Part shown: piece by piece, positions 37,601 to 50,490 of the stretch
Layout: every line of letters begins with the position of its first letter
Position numbering within the stretch: position 1 is the first letter of the stretch
From: Harriotta raleighana
Taxonomy: Eukaryota
Length of the DNA: 64,000 nt
Assembly (NCBI GenBank): GCA_050575255.1
Contig: JBNZDD010013683.1
Span: 1,083,282 to 1,147,281 of the forward strand
Direction: 5' to 3'
Notes under the pieces: model-generated
Database searches by the model: none
What the model saw: the letters and a program-made list of their open reading frames with translations, nothing else
What the model was told of the DNA's origin: nothing
Translations under genes and position numbers: made by a program

Positions 37601-38954
37601 AGGGAAGAAAGAATGATTAGAGCCTAAAATGTGAATGCATAAAGGTTCCTAATTAACACATTTCACTCTCTTTATTGGCACAAAACAAACCTTGAAAGAA
37701 ATGCATTTTCTCAAAATAAATAAATACATATTGTAAGTCAGTTTCCTGGAAATCACAATTTCACTCTTCCCGAATTAGCACATTCATTTAGTCAGTAACA
37801 GATGGTGAGCATTATTTAGTAATAGACTTCTCATTTCTTTTTGTGTTTATGATTGCATAAGCAATTAGATTGTATGCATTTATACTGCTCTGCAAACGAG
37901 TATGAAAAAGGAGGATAGGTAGAGGGAACAGGCAGACACAGATAGTTAGACAATATGCACGCATTGGGTTTACTTATGCACCATAGGCTGGAATCACATT
38001 TTACAGCCACACTTTGGACAGAAGATCGCAGAGCTATGCCATGAAGAAGCCATGAACACTCAAAATACAAATCCAGTAAAGTGCAGAAACATGTAGAGTT
38101 TGCAGGTATGATGCATGAGCAGTGCACTGAACACGAATGTGAGAGGTACATTGCTATGTAACTTGGAGCCGTTTGCAAAACGTCTTCGCGATTCTGTTAT
38201 ACATGTTGCCATTACTGCTGCCCTCAAACTCTTTATAATTGAAACTGCAGTTTGTGTGAAGCTAGGCAGCAAAGGTTGTGCAGATTGAATAGGCTGCACC
38301 TGTTCCCCAAGAAAACCAATGGGGCAGGCAACAGAGAAATAACTGAGCACATCACAACTTCTTTACTTAGATGCCAAAGCTGGCACAGCTGATGTCTGGG
38401 GAAGGTCAGAATTGAGTAGGCACAAGAATAATAAGAACAATAATAATAGTACATGCATTTGATCAAGCATTTAATATATCTTCGAGATGTCTCAACTGAT
38501 AAATAAGTTATTATAACTTCAGGATATGGTTGACCCTGCCCAAGTAAGCTTCATATCTAACTGGCCCAGTTAGTCGCCCCTGGATAGCCCCTTAATCAGG
38601 ATTACAAGTGAAGTCTAGCAGTGGTTCCAGTGAAAAAATTACAGTCCTCAACGAATAGGACAAGATGTGCTCACGGGGTAATATGTAAACCTATTAGTTA
38701 AGGCAAGTGAATCCCTATAGAAAAATCCACAGTGAAGGAAACACTGATGGCTAAGACCAAAGAAAAACACAGGGCTGCAACAGCTACCGGTTTTAAGATC
38801 TTTGTAACAAAGATACAACATCTACATGAAGGAATTCTAACTCCACAGGGTATTCTACAATGCAATAAAAATAATAATACACATGCGAAAAAATCCATTC
38901 TCTTTTTGAGTAGTGTTATCGAATCCTCACCTTCCACCTGAATACTCAAACAAA

Positions 38955-39121
38955 ACCTTGGGTTAACAACTGAACAGCACCTCTAATAATATAGCAAACA
39001 TCCTCAGCACTTCTCTGCAAAGTCAGCCTAGTGTGCATGAGTTCATAGTTCCAATGTGGGACTTGAACCCATAACCTTCTCACTCAGAAGCAAGAGTGCC
39101 ATCAACTGATCCAGACCGACA
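38955..39121 (-). mobile_element. DeuSINE (SacSINE1-like) 5' half
   Basis: Minus strand reads tcagttgatggcactcttgcttctgagtgagaaggttatgggttcaagtcccac...ctaggctgac...gtgctgagg...gaggtgctg. Confidence 0.75.
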
Positions 39122-39290
39122 CTGGTTTGTAGCCACTGAGATGTCCTCTCAATGTGAAACACACTGCATCAAATGCAAGGATTATTGTATTATTATGATT
39201 TTATTGTGCAGCACTGATAACTGATGACACTGTAGTTATTTTATAACATTTCCATCCATTTCCTTCAGGATATAAGTTATAAACCAAGAC

Positions 39291-39597
39291 AATAATAATA
39301 ATCCTTGCATTTAATATAGCACTTTTCACATCTTCTAGACGTCTCAAAGCGCTTCACAGAATATACTGTAAAGTGATTTGACTGTATGTTTGTGGGTGAA
39401 ACGCGGCAGTCAATTGTGCACTTCAGTGTCCCACGAACAGTCATAGATTGAAATGACCAATTTTTTTTTTTTTTTGAAGAATTATTATTAGGCATATGGA
39501 GTAAGGAAACTTGCCCAAGGTTTCACCCTGCCTGGAATTGAACCCAGTCTTTTGCTTGTAAGGTGAGTGCTCTCACTATTAAGCTCCAGAACTCCAC
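39291..39597 (-). mobile_element. Full-length tRNA-derived SINE (main family)
   Basis: Head, ccttgggcaagtttccttactcc segment, Deu-like body and (tta)n tail are all present. Confidence 0.92.
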
Positions 39598-40045
39598 AAT
39601 AAGTTTGGTACATTACATTAGGGCTATCAGATCATTGGGACAAGCTAATCTGTATTTATCTCCACTGCCCCCCCACCTCCACCCCAAGAATATTTCTTTT
39701 TTTTTCATGTTAGTTTTTACCTAACTCCAACCCAAACCCAGGCATTTCAACCAAATAAGGCTATGGGGCATGAACTCATAACCTTCACATTTGCAGTGGC
39801 GCCCTCAACCTCTTCACCTACCAGATGTCAGTTGTGTTTAGTGTTGTAAGGCCTGAAAGCAGCAGAACATGCGGATCATTCTAAAAATAGAGATTTTTGC
39901 AGTTTCGACCAAATATGTTACAGAAAGAAACTGCTGGCGGTGGCGGGTTGATGTGAGGCCCGGGAAACTCACATGTCACAAGCAATAGAGAGATTGACTC
40001 TTCAGATCGAGCTCTGTATTTTTATGTTACATGTTCCTCAGACAA

Positions 40046-40115
40046 TGGCAACAACAGCAAAATTACATTTAGAGAAAGCATTTCACGTCGAGAGGACATC
40101 CCAAGGCGCCGACAA
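40046..40115 (-). mobile_element. L2 LINE 3' tail fragment
   Basis: caacaacagcaaaattacattt...gcatttcacgtcgagaggacatcccaaggcgc. Confidence 0.7.
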
Positions 40116-40675
40116 CAACACCTAGGTGGCAAATTAAGTCAATCCAATTGCGTGGCGGACACCACAAGCAGGCAGCTGAAAATCACACCGAGGTGGTGGC
40201 CCCCACTGTGAGAGGAAGGCAATAATTGATTTCTAACCAAATTCCAGGAGGCACCACGTGATCTGTACGTTCTCATTGAATTCTGCGAAACATCTATCAC
40301 AATAATTCCCACTGTACAGAGCTTTCCTCCTGTATAAATTGTGAATGTTACAGATTGATTTAATTTTGAAAAATGGGTAGAACTAGGTATTCTGGCACTG
40401 ACGCTTGGAACAAATGTTTTGCAATTCAGTGCCAAAAATATGCCATATGCCATTCTAGCGCATTGAATGCATTGCTATGATACTATATAAATTGCTATTC
40501 CCACAGTATAGCATGTGGGAGCGCGTGTGTGGAGCAAGCATCTGGTGCAATCTGAACACAAATTCAGCCCTGCACAGAACAATGGTAAATCGTAAATTAT
40601 TGTCTGACAGATGGATTGAAAATGTTTTCTCCCATTCATCTCGCAGCCTAGTTAGCACTCCTAATAATACTACTA

Positions 40676-41025
40676 CAGTAAAACCCCGTTTATCCATGAC
40701 CCGGATTGCTTGACCCCCTCCCGGGGCAATTCCCCATTCCAGCAATCGTGAATTTGCTCACTTTGCGCATGAGTGCAATGCCTGCGCATGCGCACTTATT
40801 AAACTTACGAATTTGGGTTTTTACCGATCGGTAAAAAATGCTTTTTTACCGATCTTTTTATGAGTGTGCTGGAATGCTTTATTGGTAAGTATCCACACAA
40901 TATCCTGTTACTATTTAGTCTATTATTAACATGGTATGTTTTAAAATAAGTTAATTTTTTCTGTTGGGTTTTCAGCAACTTGCCGCCCGTTTATCCGGCA
41001 GTCAATTAGTCGACCCTCCCCCCCC
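40676..41025 (+). mobile_element. pogo/Tigger-type MITE, right end lost at gap N41026
   Basis: TA followed by TIR cagtaaaaccccgtttatcc. Shares the internal motif aatat(c/t)ctgtta.tatttagtctattattaa.atggtatg with the other copies. Confidence 0.7.
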
Positions 41026-41026
41026 N

Positions 41027-41176
41027 GCTTTTCACGTCTTCTAGACATCTCAAAGCGCTTCACAAAATACTGTAAAGTGAATTGACTATATATTTGTGGG
41101 CGAAAAGTGGCAGCCAATCGTGCACAGCAGTGTCCCACAAACAGTCGTGGATTTAAATATGAATTATTATTAGGCT
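41027..41176 (-). mobile_element. SINE fragment after gap
   Basis: gcttttcacgtcttctagacatctcaaagcgcttcac...gtcccacaaacagtcgtggat. Confidence 0.85.
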
Positions 41177-42302
41177 ATAAATATAAACATGAACATCAAG
41201 CTTATTGGCTAAAGCTCCATGTTTTGTGAATTGAGTACTGTTTTTGAGGTCTGATGTATATAAATGTGTAAAGCAATATTGTACAGTATAAGGAAATTGG
41301 AAGTACATCATCTGAATCCACTGGAGCTTTGCGCTGCTGAAATCTACTTTTAGAGTTCCAGATAGTTGGTGTGATCCATTAACAATAACCATCCTTACTT
41401 TTCATACAGAAACTTTTACTTCAAGAGGGCATCTCAGAGCACTTCACACAATATACTGCAAACTGAAGGAGTACCCATTCATTTCCCTTATTAAAAAGTA
41501 TGGTCGGAAATCCCTGCAGATTAGACTCTTTGAAAGCATATACTTGCAATAGTAAATCCCAATATCTATCCCACAACATCAAAGGACACAAAACATATCA
41601 GTGTTTTATTTTATCTCTTCCCATGGAAAACAGTTATTCTGCCACTAATCTGACTTTTGTTACAAATCATTGTAAGCTTGCAATTTCTGAATTGAACAGG
41701 GCTTCAATCAAAAAGCATGCAACAGATAAAGCATGTCTGAGTCCAAATCCCCAGGTCTTGCATTACAAAGAAACATAATAAAATGGTGGTCACTGACCTC
41801 AATTCCTGCTCGCTGCTAAAATTGAAGAACTTTACGGCCTTATTGATATTGTTTGATACAATCACTGAGGAACAGTTTTTAGATCCGAAAGACCTGTGTG
41901 TGATGGTTGCCCACATGTCTGGGTTGGATAGTAAAACTAGGTCTTAAGATGGAAGTATAGTGTGGTGACCTACTATTCCAACAGCCCTCCATCCTAGTAT
42001 TCTCAAATTGAATGAAGCAATAGATTTATACAGATTCACGTAAAAGCATTAAATCCAACATAAAATATAATTATAACTCTAAATTCATAATTTATTATTT
42101 GTCTAAATTGTGCTGTTGTGAATCTAATAGTAGCAGATTTACATTGTACGGAACTAATAGTAAATGCACCGTTAGAGGGGAGATAGACAAGTACTTGTGG
42201 TCCACAATTTGAAAGACTGCATAATTAACACATGAAATAAAAATTGTCCTCTGACTTGTTGTAAGACATTATATGCATGAGAGCTTTGTAAAATGCATGA
42301 TA

Positions 42303-42756
42303 CAGTAAAAACCCATTTATCCGGCACTTACGGAAACTGGCTAGTGGTGTTCAAATGGTTTTCTGGTTGAATGGATTTTTAAAAATATATATTTTTTAAA
42401 ATATATATTTTTTACATTATTTAAAAAAAAATTTTTTAACACATACCAAATTAATAATAGACTAAATAATAACAGAATATTGTATTTGTACTTTAATATT
42501 TATACTTAACTTCGCAACGGCAGTCCTCACCCGACGGAGGTAAAACAAAACGTGACTTTTAAAAGGAGCAGGAGCGAGTTTAGACCCGACTAGCAGCCAG
42601 CCATGAGTACCTGCACTCGTGTGCAACAGTCAATTCATTAAACGTGTCATCACTATTCGTCGGAAACTTCTGGTTCATAACTTCAGGACTTTTTTTGAGA
42701 TGGCGGTTGAACGGGTTTTCTGGTTCATCGAGTCACAGATAAACAAGGTTTTACTC
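42303..42756 (-). mobile_element. pogo/Tigger-type (Tc1/mariner superfamily) MITE
   Basis: TIRs cagtaaaaacccatttatccgg ... cagataaacaaggttttactc, with TA on both sides. The interior is homologous in reverse to 45339-45769. Confidence 0.85.
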
Positions 42757-44075
42757 TATCATGTTATAAAATTTAATTTGATTTGAATGAAAAATAAAAA
42801 TGATTTAGTCCTAGACAATTCTGTGGTGCAACAAAATTATAACTGTATTTAAGCCACTGTTTAATTCAAAGTAGTTCACTGCAACTGCAGTCTTAAAGGT
42901 ATAGTCAGATATTGATATACAGCATAAAGTATCATGAAAGACTGAGTCACCAGGAATCAAAATGAACTTCTATTTCTAGCCAGTGAAATGGTACCAAGTC
43001 CATAATATTTGCCTTCACATTATTAATCATCAGCTAATCATTTTGAAAGGTAAATCCATGATTGACTGCGTCTCTTCTGCATATCGCTGACAATTTTGAG
43101 AAGGAAGATAATCTACTCTCAGGAACTGAACCCAACCAATTCATTTCAGAATGAGTGAAATGGCCATAGAAAATGTTCTATTCTGATCGAGAATTGGAGA
43201 AGCCAGTTGAAAAATGTATCTATTTGAAGTGATCATCATACGTTAATCCCCTCTGTAGGTGATTGAGCTCAAGATAGCACATTCAGTGATGAGATATTAT
43301 TGATGTTTGGGGGATTTGTTTTTGAAAGCATCAAATAATTCCAATATGATTTCAAAGCAGCATTTTATATCTTTAATGCCATGTTAAAACCACATTAGAG
43401 TTATAGATATATAAATAACACAGCAAACAAAATCAAACATTACTGAATAGGGAGAATAGCATTCAGCTCACATCAACAAATGTGGAGCACAGAGATTTAT
43501 CTCTATGGGTGGAAAGTGTCTCTCATTGGCAATTACAGGCAGAAAAAAAACGTCCATTTAAACAATATACATCTCAAGGAATAAGTGAGATGTCTAGATA
43601 AATGAAACTTGGGATCTATGTTTTTCTAAGTTATACATGTGTAGTAATTTACAATATTTTATAAAGCAGATTATTTTGTGTGTAGCTGTTGTCTGCACAT
43701 TTTGGCTCGTAACAATAAATGTTTTATTTATCAGACAAAGTCTGTATAAATTCACATGACTGAGCTGTACAGCTGTACGCTACCATACCTCCCGCGATGA
43801 TGACATCCAAACCAATGACAATCCACACAATAACAATATTTACCCATTTCTAGATACATTAAGCAACGGGAATATAAATCACAATGGCTGGGTCCATTCT
43901 GGCTCAGATCAGGATGAAAGGTGCAAAAAAAAATTACATTTGGCTTTCACGTTGGCCGGATGTCTCAAAGCCTCTAATTTAGTGAACTTTGTTGCAGACA
44001 GCAACCTTCTGGCCAGGATTACGTTCAATGTTCCAGTTGACCACTAATAATTACCCTAGTCAAGTGGTAAGCAAA

Positions 44076-44318
44076 CAATAATAATCCGTACATTTGATAT
44101 AGCATTTTATCAAGTCATCAAGATGGCACATTATTTTACTGTTTAGTGGAGTAGGTGATTATCGCCGTTAGCTCGTGCAAGGCAAAGTCCCACAAATAAA
44201 TCTCTGACATTGTGCTGTCTGACAAGCATTGAATTTTCAATCTAGACTAGGAGGTCAAAGTTCCAATGCGGGCGTTAAATCTCCAGGCTTAGAGACGAGA
44301 GTGCCATCAACTGAACCG
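44076..44318 (-). mobile_element. Degraded DeuSINE
   Basis: Tail aataataatccgtacatttgatatagc, middle gtcccacaaa, and head end gagagtgccatcaactgaacc (cf. 39093-39110). Confidence 0.6.
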
Positions 44319-45196
44319 GGCTGTCACTTGAAACAAGGTAACATAAACAAGGTGGTCCGAAACAGTGACTAGAGTTAGCAATGCCACTGGAGAGCAATAT
44401 AGATGCTTAACACTGAATGTGAACTCACATGTATAAGGAGAACTTGAGTTGCTTGTGCTCCCCTCGTATAGGCAGAAAGCCACAAAGAATGTCTCTGAAA
44501 TATGCATGCACTTGAGCTGCTTCACTCCCCATCCCCCACTGGATGTATTTAATCTTAACATGAATATACTACCTCCAACGCATTTTCCACCCTGTGATGT
44601 GCGTCGGTGTGACAAACAAGCCCGTCACAAAGCAGGTAACTCAGAAAGCCACACAAGGGACGCAAATATGTTTCATGTCAATCGAAGAGAATACAGAAAG
44701 AGACAAAGATGCATCTTAAAGCTTGAACCCAATACTTGTGGGGAGTTGTGCATTGCAGATAATGTTTGCCACATACATCAGATTTATTTCTGAGTTTGTA
44801 TTCCTAAAAATCTGACTCACTGTGTACTGTATCCTGCAAAATACATTTAGGATTTGATGGCTGTTTAAATCCTATGGGAATAAGGATTCAGGTGCCAATT
44901 ATTCAATATCCCTGGTGTGTAACGTGGCTGATGGAAATAGGTGGTTGAAGTGGGGAGAATCGCTTGGTATCTGTCCCTTGGGAGCTAAAAAGCACAGAAA
45001 CATATTTGTTCCTTCGAGAACAGTCAAGCAAAATATCCATGTTGTAACGGTAGAACATATATCAACCATAAGTGGATGAGCTCGGTTGGCTTTGCCATTT
45101 AAGCAGCCAGACACTGCGGAGAACTCAGCAGAAAGTTCAGAGCTATTAATATCAATGAGAGCGCGAGGCTGGAAAAAGTAACTGAAGTTACACGGT

Positions 45197-45905
45197 TATA
45201 AATGACTTGAACTGCAATGATCTGCGAAATACAGTAGCCAATTTGCACGCAGAATTTCCCACAAACAATCATAGAATGAGTGAGGGATTTTTTGAGGGAT
45301 TATTATATACAGAAAGCGATCCGACAATCGATGAACTACAAGTAAAACCCTATTTGTCCGTGACTCAATGAATCGGAAACCCCATTGAACCTGAACCTCA
45401 AAAAATAAGTCCCGTTTCGATAAACCAGAAGTTATTCGGCAGAATAGTGATGACGCATTTAATGAATCAATTGTCACACGCGAGTACTGGTACAGGTATT
45501 TAGGCTGGCCACTAGTCGAGTCTGAACTTGCTCCTGCTCCTTTTACAAGTCTGTTTTTGTTTACCTCTGTCGGGTGAGAGCTGCCATTGCGAAGTTATGT
45601 ATAAATAATGAAGTACTAATACAATATTCTTTTATTATTTAGTCTATTATTAATATGGTAAGTGTTTCAATAATTTTAATTTTAATTTTTTAAAAAAAAG
45701 TTAAACTGGAAAACCGTTTAACTGCCACTGGCCAGGTCCCGTGGTTGCCGGATAAATGGGGTTTTACTGTACCAGGTTCCTACTTACTGCTAGGGAAACT
45801 GAAGCACGTGGAGTAAGGAAACTTGCCTAAGGTTTCGCCCCGCCTTGAAACAGAACCGGGGTCCTCTAACTAGCAAGGCGTGCCTCCTGGCCACTGCATT
45901 ACGAA
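45197..45905 (-). mobile_element. Older long-subfamily SINE interrupted by a MITE
   Basis: Body at 45197-45336 and head at 45772-45905 (ccaggttcctacttactgctagggaaactgaagcacgtggagtaaggaaacttgcc) flank the MITE. Colinear with 47085-47400. Confidence 0.75.
45339..45769 (+). mobile_element. pogo/Tigger-type MITE
   Basis: TA-caagtaaaaccctatttgtccg ... cggataaatggggttttactg-TA. Confidence 0.88.
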
Positions 45906-46532
45906 TGTCTCCCAGTGTCTTTCCATAGAAACCACAGCAATTTAGAAAAGTGTTTTATTATCCCTGCCCTCACTTCTTTGTATAATCTTCAATCCCACTC
46001 TCACCCAGAAACAGTTAACAGGCATGGTATTGAAAGAATATATCACCATGAAGTTAGTATGTTTTAGAAAAAGTACACCTTTATTGCGATTTTACCTACA
46101 TCAACCTCAGTCAGGAAGATGATTCAAGGATCATAAAAGCATCAGGGTACACGGCAAACAGCTAAAATACTGTCATATTCTCAGTGCTGTTTTGTTGCAA
46201 AACAATGTAGATGCCAAACTTAGCTCAACATGCGTGTAATGTTTGCACAGTGAATCATGTCAAAATTATTAGTCCACTTTTCAGCTTTTGACAATGTCAA
46301 TTCAGATTTTATGTTTATCAATGTCAACCAAGTACGTAAAACTGACATCTATGATCTGCTTGAACAATGCACATTAGTTCCAGACGTCTAGCACAAGACA
46401 CGGCACCCTGAATAATCCACATATTATTGCACAATAGTCTGTCACATTATATAATGACAAAATTGCACAAAGAAACTGGGGAAGACTACCCAGAGAAACA
46501 TTGATCATTCAAATAAAGATCTGTATTGAAAA

Positions 46533-46857
46533 GAACAACAATTTGCACTTATAAAGCACCTGTCCCATAGGAGAATATCTCAAAGCTCTTTACAAAGCCT
46601 GATCTGGGAAGAGGATTGTGGGAGTAAGTGGTCAAAAAGATAGGTCTTTTGGCAGATATTGAAAGCACACAGAGAGAGAAGGGGGCGAAGTGGAAGGATT
46701 TACAGAAGAGTGTTCCGGTGAGTGTAGGCAAAGTGGCTGAAAGATCACCTATTGATGATGGGGTGGAGGGGGTGGGGGAATCCAGAGTTAGTGGAGGCAG
46801 AGACAGGGAGGTAAGAGATTGAAGAGGTAGAGTGGCAAGATTGCGAAAGCAGGTAAC
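46533..46857 (-). mobile_element. L2 LINE 3' end
   Basis: Tail aacaacaatttgcacttataaagcacc. The purine-rich + strand corresponds to a decayed L2 ORF2 end (PSSIGDLS... region) on the minus strand. Confidence 0.7.
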
Positions 46858-47084
46858 AAATACTAGCAAATTTGAACAGCAAATGAAGTCAGAACCACCT
46901 TCAACCAGAAAATGTTGCATTTACAACAAAACATGTGGCAGTTTATCTGCTCACCTGATGATTGCACTTCGATTTCCAATCCACTACTGTGCATTAACAT
47001 GGGCAATGGTTTGCAAATTGCATGACTGGCTATGGCGATCAAAACTAGGGCAATGCTATTACACTCTTCCAATTTTTCTCCCAC

Positions 47085-47400
47085 AATAATAATCCTTGCA
47101 ATTGATATAATGCCTCAGCATGTCATTGAGATGTCTCAAACCGCCTCACAGAGGTGAATTGACTGTATATTTTGTGGACAATTGCACACAATAGCATCTC
47201 ATGAGCAGTCATGGATTGAGTGATCAAATTATTATTTATAGGGAATTATTACATCCAGAAAGTGATCTGCCAATCAATTAACAACCAGGTTCCTACTTAC
47301 CACTAGCTAAACAGTAAGGAAACTTGCCCACTCGGGATTTGAACCCGGATGCTTTTGTTTGCGAGGTGAATGCTCGCACCAACATGCTACAGGACTTCAC
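47085..47400 (-). mobile_element. Full-length older long-subfamily SINE
   Basis: Head (aggacttcac end on the + strand), extra segment accaggttcctacttaccactag, Deu-like body, and tail aataataatccttgcaattgata. Confidence 0.8.
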
Positions 47401-49696
47401 ATCTGGAGTATATCCACATAGCATGAAAACAAAGGTAATAAAACTTACATCTGCACCACTGATCCTTTTGAACAGTTTGATGTTGTAATGGGAGGGCAGG
47501 AGAGTTGACATTCTGGAACAAAGAAATCAAATAGGCCAGTAGGCCTTCTTCAACCAAATCGATCTTGTAAACACTTTAATTCCCAAATCAAGCAAAGGCA
47601 TATCCCTACGATGCCATGGGTTTTAACAGTAATCAATGTGGAAAGGGATGCGGTAAAATATTCACTTTGTTTTAAATGAGTGCAGTTTACAGCTCAAATT
47701 GATCTGCCTTTCTGCCCGTGGCACTGGGTTTTCAAAGATTTCAAGAGTGGAAGATGATTTGCAAAACAATAAGGAAAGAATGGATTTAACAAGTTCCAAA
47801 TAGTTGCAGCAGGGAGACAATCATTAAACACCACCCACAGATAGTAAACTCTCAGCTATAGAGATAAAAATGGAAATCCTGTGGGCCAAATGCTTGAGGT
47901 GTATCACAGTAATTAAGCGGGTTATTCGGGGCTCTCCTTGATCTCAACATTTCTCTACAGCTGCATAAATGAGAAGGTTGAGTTTCCAAGGCTGTTGGCT
48001 TGTATTTGGATGACAAACACCTGGCTATCAGCACTACACCTAAGCTTGTTTTTCATGAAACTGAATCATCCTATATTGCATAGGACTTGAAAAACTGCCC
48101 CTGGTACTCTTGTTAGTTACAGATATAGGTAAATCAATTTCAAACTATCGCTAAAATTATTGCTTCATTTAGTGGAAATGCACCACCAAATGTTTGTTGA
48201 TTTGTACCATTTGTTCCATACAAACCATCACTGGCACCAATTGCTAAAATACTTGAATTCCTAGTTGTTTAACTATGCCGTGAGCAACACACTGGTAATC
48301 CGGATCAGAGAATTACAAAACACCTTTTCTTTGAAAGAACTTCTCATTGCTGAATACGCTATCTGGGTTACAAGTTTTTTCACCCAAATGGTGGCAAATT
48401 AAAAATAACTCCTGAGAAAGACAGTTGGAAAAAAAATTGCCTGAATCCATCACGCAAGTTGCAGTATGAGACACAGCTCATAAATTTTAAATATGTTTCG
48501 GGCAAAACTGAACTCATTATTCTATTGTTCTGTCCCAGCACTATTTTATTGTCTAAGTGTGGGTGTGGGGCATGGGTGGGGGGGGAGAGGAAGGTACAAT
48601 TTCAATTCCTAGTCTATGAATACAAATACTATATCTAAAAGTTGCTATTGGAAAACAAATGAAAGCTCCTCACATTCAGGAAGCCAGAGAAATTGTGGGA
48701 AAGGGACCTTCAAATCTTTAGACCTTCCTCTCCTATATGTGCTGAGCTTGAACTTTTAAAGCTCTTGTGAGATTTCTATGTGAGTGACCCACAAATGGGG
48801 AACGCGTTGCCAAGTATCGTTGGTTTTCACGGCCTGGAGGATCCATTGGTCAGCCTGGCACAGGTTCAAGGAGTTAACTCTGCGCTGTGGCAAAGACCCA
48901 ACCCTTCTGTGTCACTCCCAAAAAGGAGACTTTGAGGGCAACTCACAATCTGAATAATGTAAATTATGTAAATTATTTAGGCTTGGCAAGATTTCTCCAA
49001 GACCTGAAATCTTCTCCATGACCAGCCATCACAAAACAGATTTGTTGCAAGGCATGAAACATGTGCTTATTTCTCTTCCTTTCACCATCTGCACACCCCT
49101 CCATGCCTCCTCCCCCACTATTTTCTTCACCCGAGCTCAGCAACCCACAACTGTTATACCTCAGGACTGAAGAGATCTACCACGGTTGACAAAGCCTATT
49201 CAGATATCAGGTTCTCTTATTATGAGCCTAATTTAGAAACAAATCTTTTGGCTAAACATTTTCATAGAGCTGGTCAAGTCACTGCAGATAATGAGTTATT
49301 ATCAACAACTGTTTAAAATTTATTTCCACTTAGAGTTGGCTGTGCGTGTGATTATCCTTTGAAATATACAAACACAAAATAAATGTCTTCCCTTCATATC
49401 TTAATGTACAAGAGTTTCATTTGCAAAGCCTGTTTGTAAATTAGCTATTGGTTAATTGAGGCCTTGCAGAATTGGGAGCTTTGTCTCAATAAAGCTGCAT
49501 AAATATAGTGGCATAGAAATAAACATACGATCTCTAATGAGACAGACCTTCAGCGAAAAGATCTGTGACACAACGAGCTTACAGGCAAATCCACAGGGAA
49601 TGGTAATTTTTTTTCAGTTTCTCATTCTCTCTGTTTTGCTATAAATCATTTTTCTAATCCATGACTTTTAATGATGTTCATATGAATCTCCCCCCA

Positions 49697-49697
<1 letters not shown>

Positions 49698-49733
<36 letters not shown>
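49698..49733. repeat. (CA)n microsatellite
   Basis: About 18 perfect CA units. Confidence 0.95.
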
Positions 49734-49735
<2 letters not shown>

Positions 49736-49854
49736 CATATATACTTCTAAAACACAATACACAATTTTACCCAACTTCCTTGTTGCTACTTTCAATTTTT
49801 CCCTTTCTTACCTATCCCAAAGACAACAGTCCACTAAGAGGCAGCAGCTTCTTT

Positions 49855-50303
49855 CAATAATCACCTTTGCATTTGACATATCGCTTTATTGCATTTTGAG
49901 CTGACTCAAAGCACTTCATAGAATACATTGTTAATGTGGAGTGACTGTGTATTGATGGGTAAAGTCGTGGAGTCCTATAGCTCGGTAGTTAGAGCACATG
50001 CCTTACAAGCATAAGACCTGTGTTCAAATCCAGACAGGGTGAAACCTTGGGTAACTTCCTTACTCCACATGCCCAATAATAATCGTTCAAAAAAATCTCT
50101 AATAAATTGGTCATTTTAATCCATGACTGTTTGTGGGACACCGCTGTGTGCAATTGACCACCTCGTTTTGCCCACAAATATACAGTCAATTCACTTCACA
50201 GTATATTCTGTGAAGCGCTTTGAGGCATCTAGAAGAATAGCAAATGTAAGGTTTATTAATATTATTATTATTAAAAGTGGCAGCCAATTGCACACAGCAG
50301 TTC
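49855..50303. mobile_element. Full-length plus-strand SINE (49966-50273) nested in an older minus-strand SINE
   Basis: The host reads ...tgactgtgtattgatgggtaaagt and resumes aaagtggcagccaattgcacacagcag. TSD aaagt at 49961-65 and 50274-78. Confidence 0.88.
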
Positions 50304-50363
50304 TTTTTAAGTGGTCATTCTTCACGTGTTTCTTAACAGTACAGTTTGGGAGGGACTAAGCTA

Positions 50364-50490
50364 AGTCATTCCTGGCCCTGTTCTCACACAGCCTCCATAC
50401 CCAAGCTCTCTGCACCAGGAGATTAAAAATCAGGGACCAGTTGGATCTCTCGTCCTACTCTACAGCATCTTAGGTCATTTGCAATGCTTT
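50364..50490 (-). mobile_element. Possible LF-SINE-like remnant
   Basis: ccctgttctcacacagcctccatacccaagctctctgcaccagg...taggtcatttgcaatgc resembles my recalled LF-SINE reverse strand. Confidence 0.35.
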
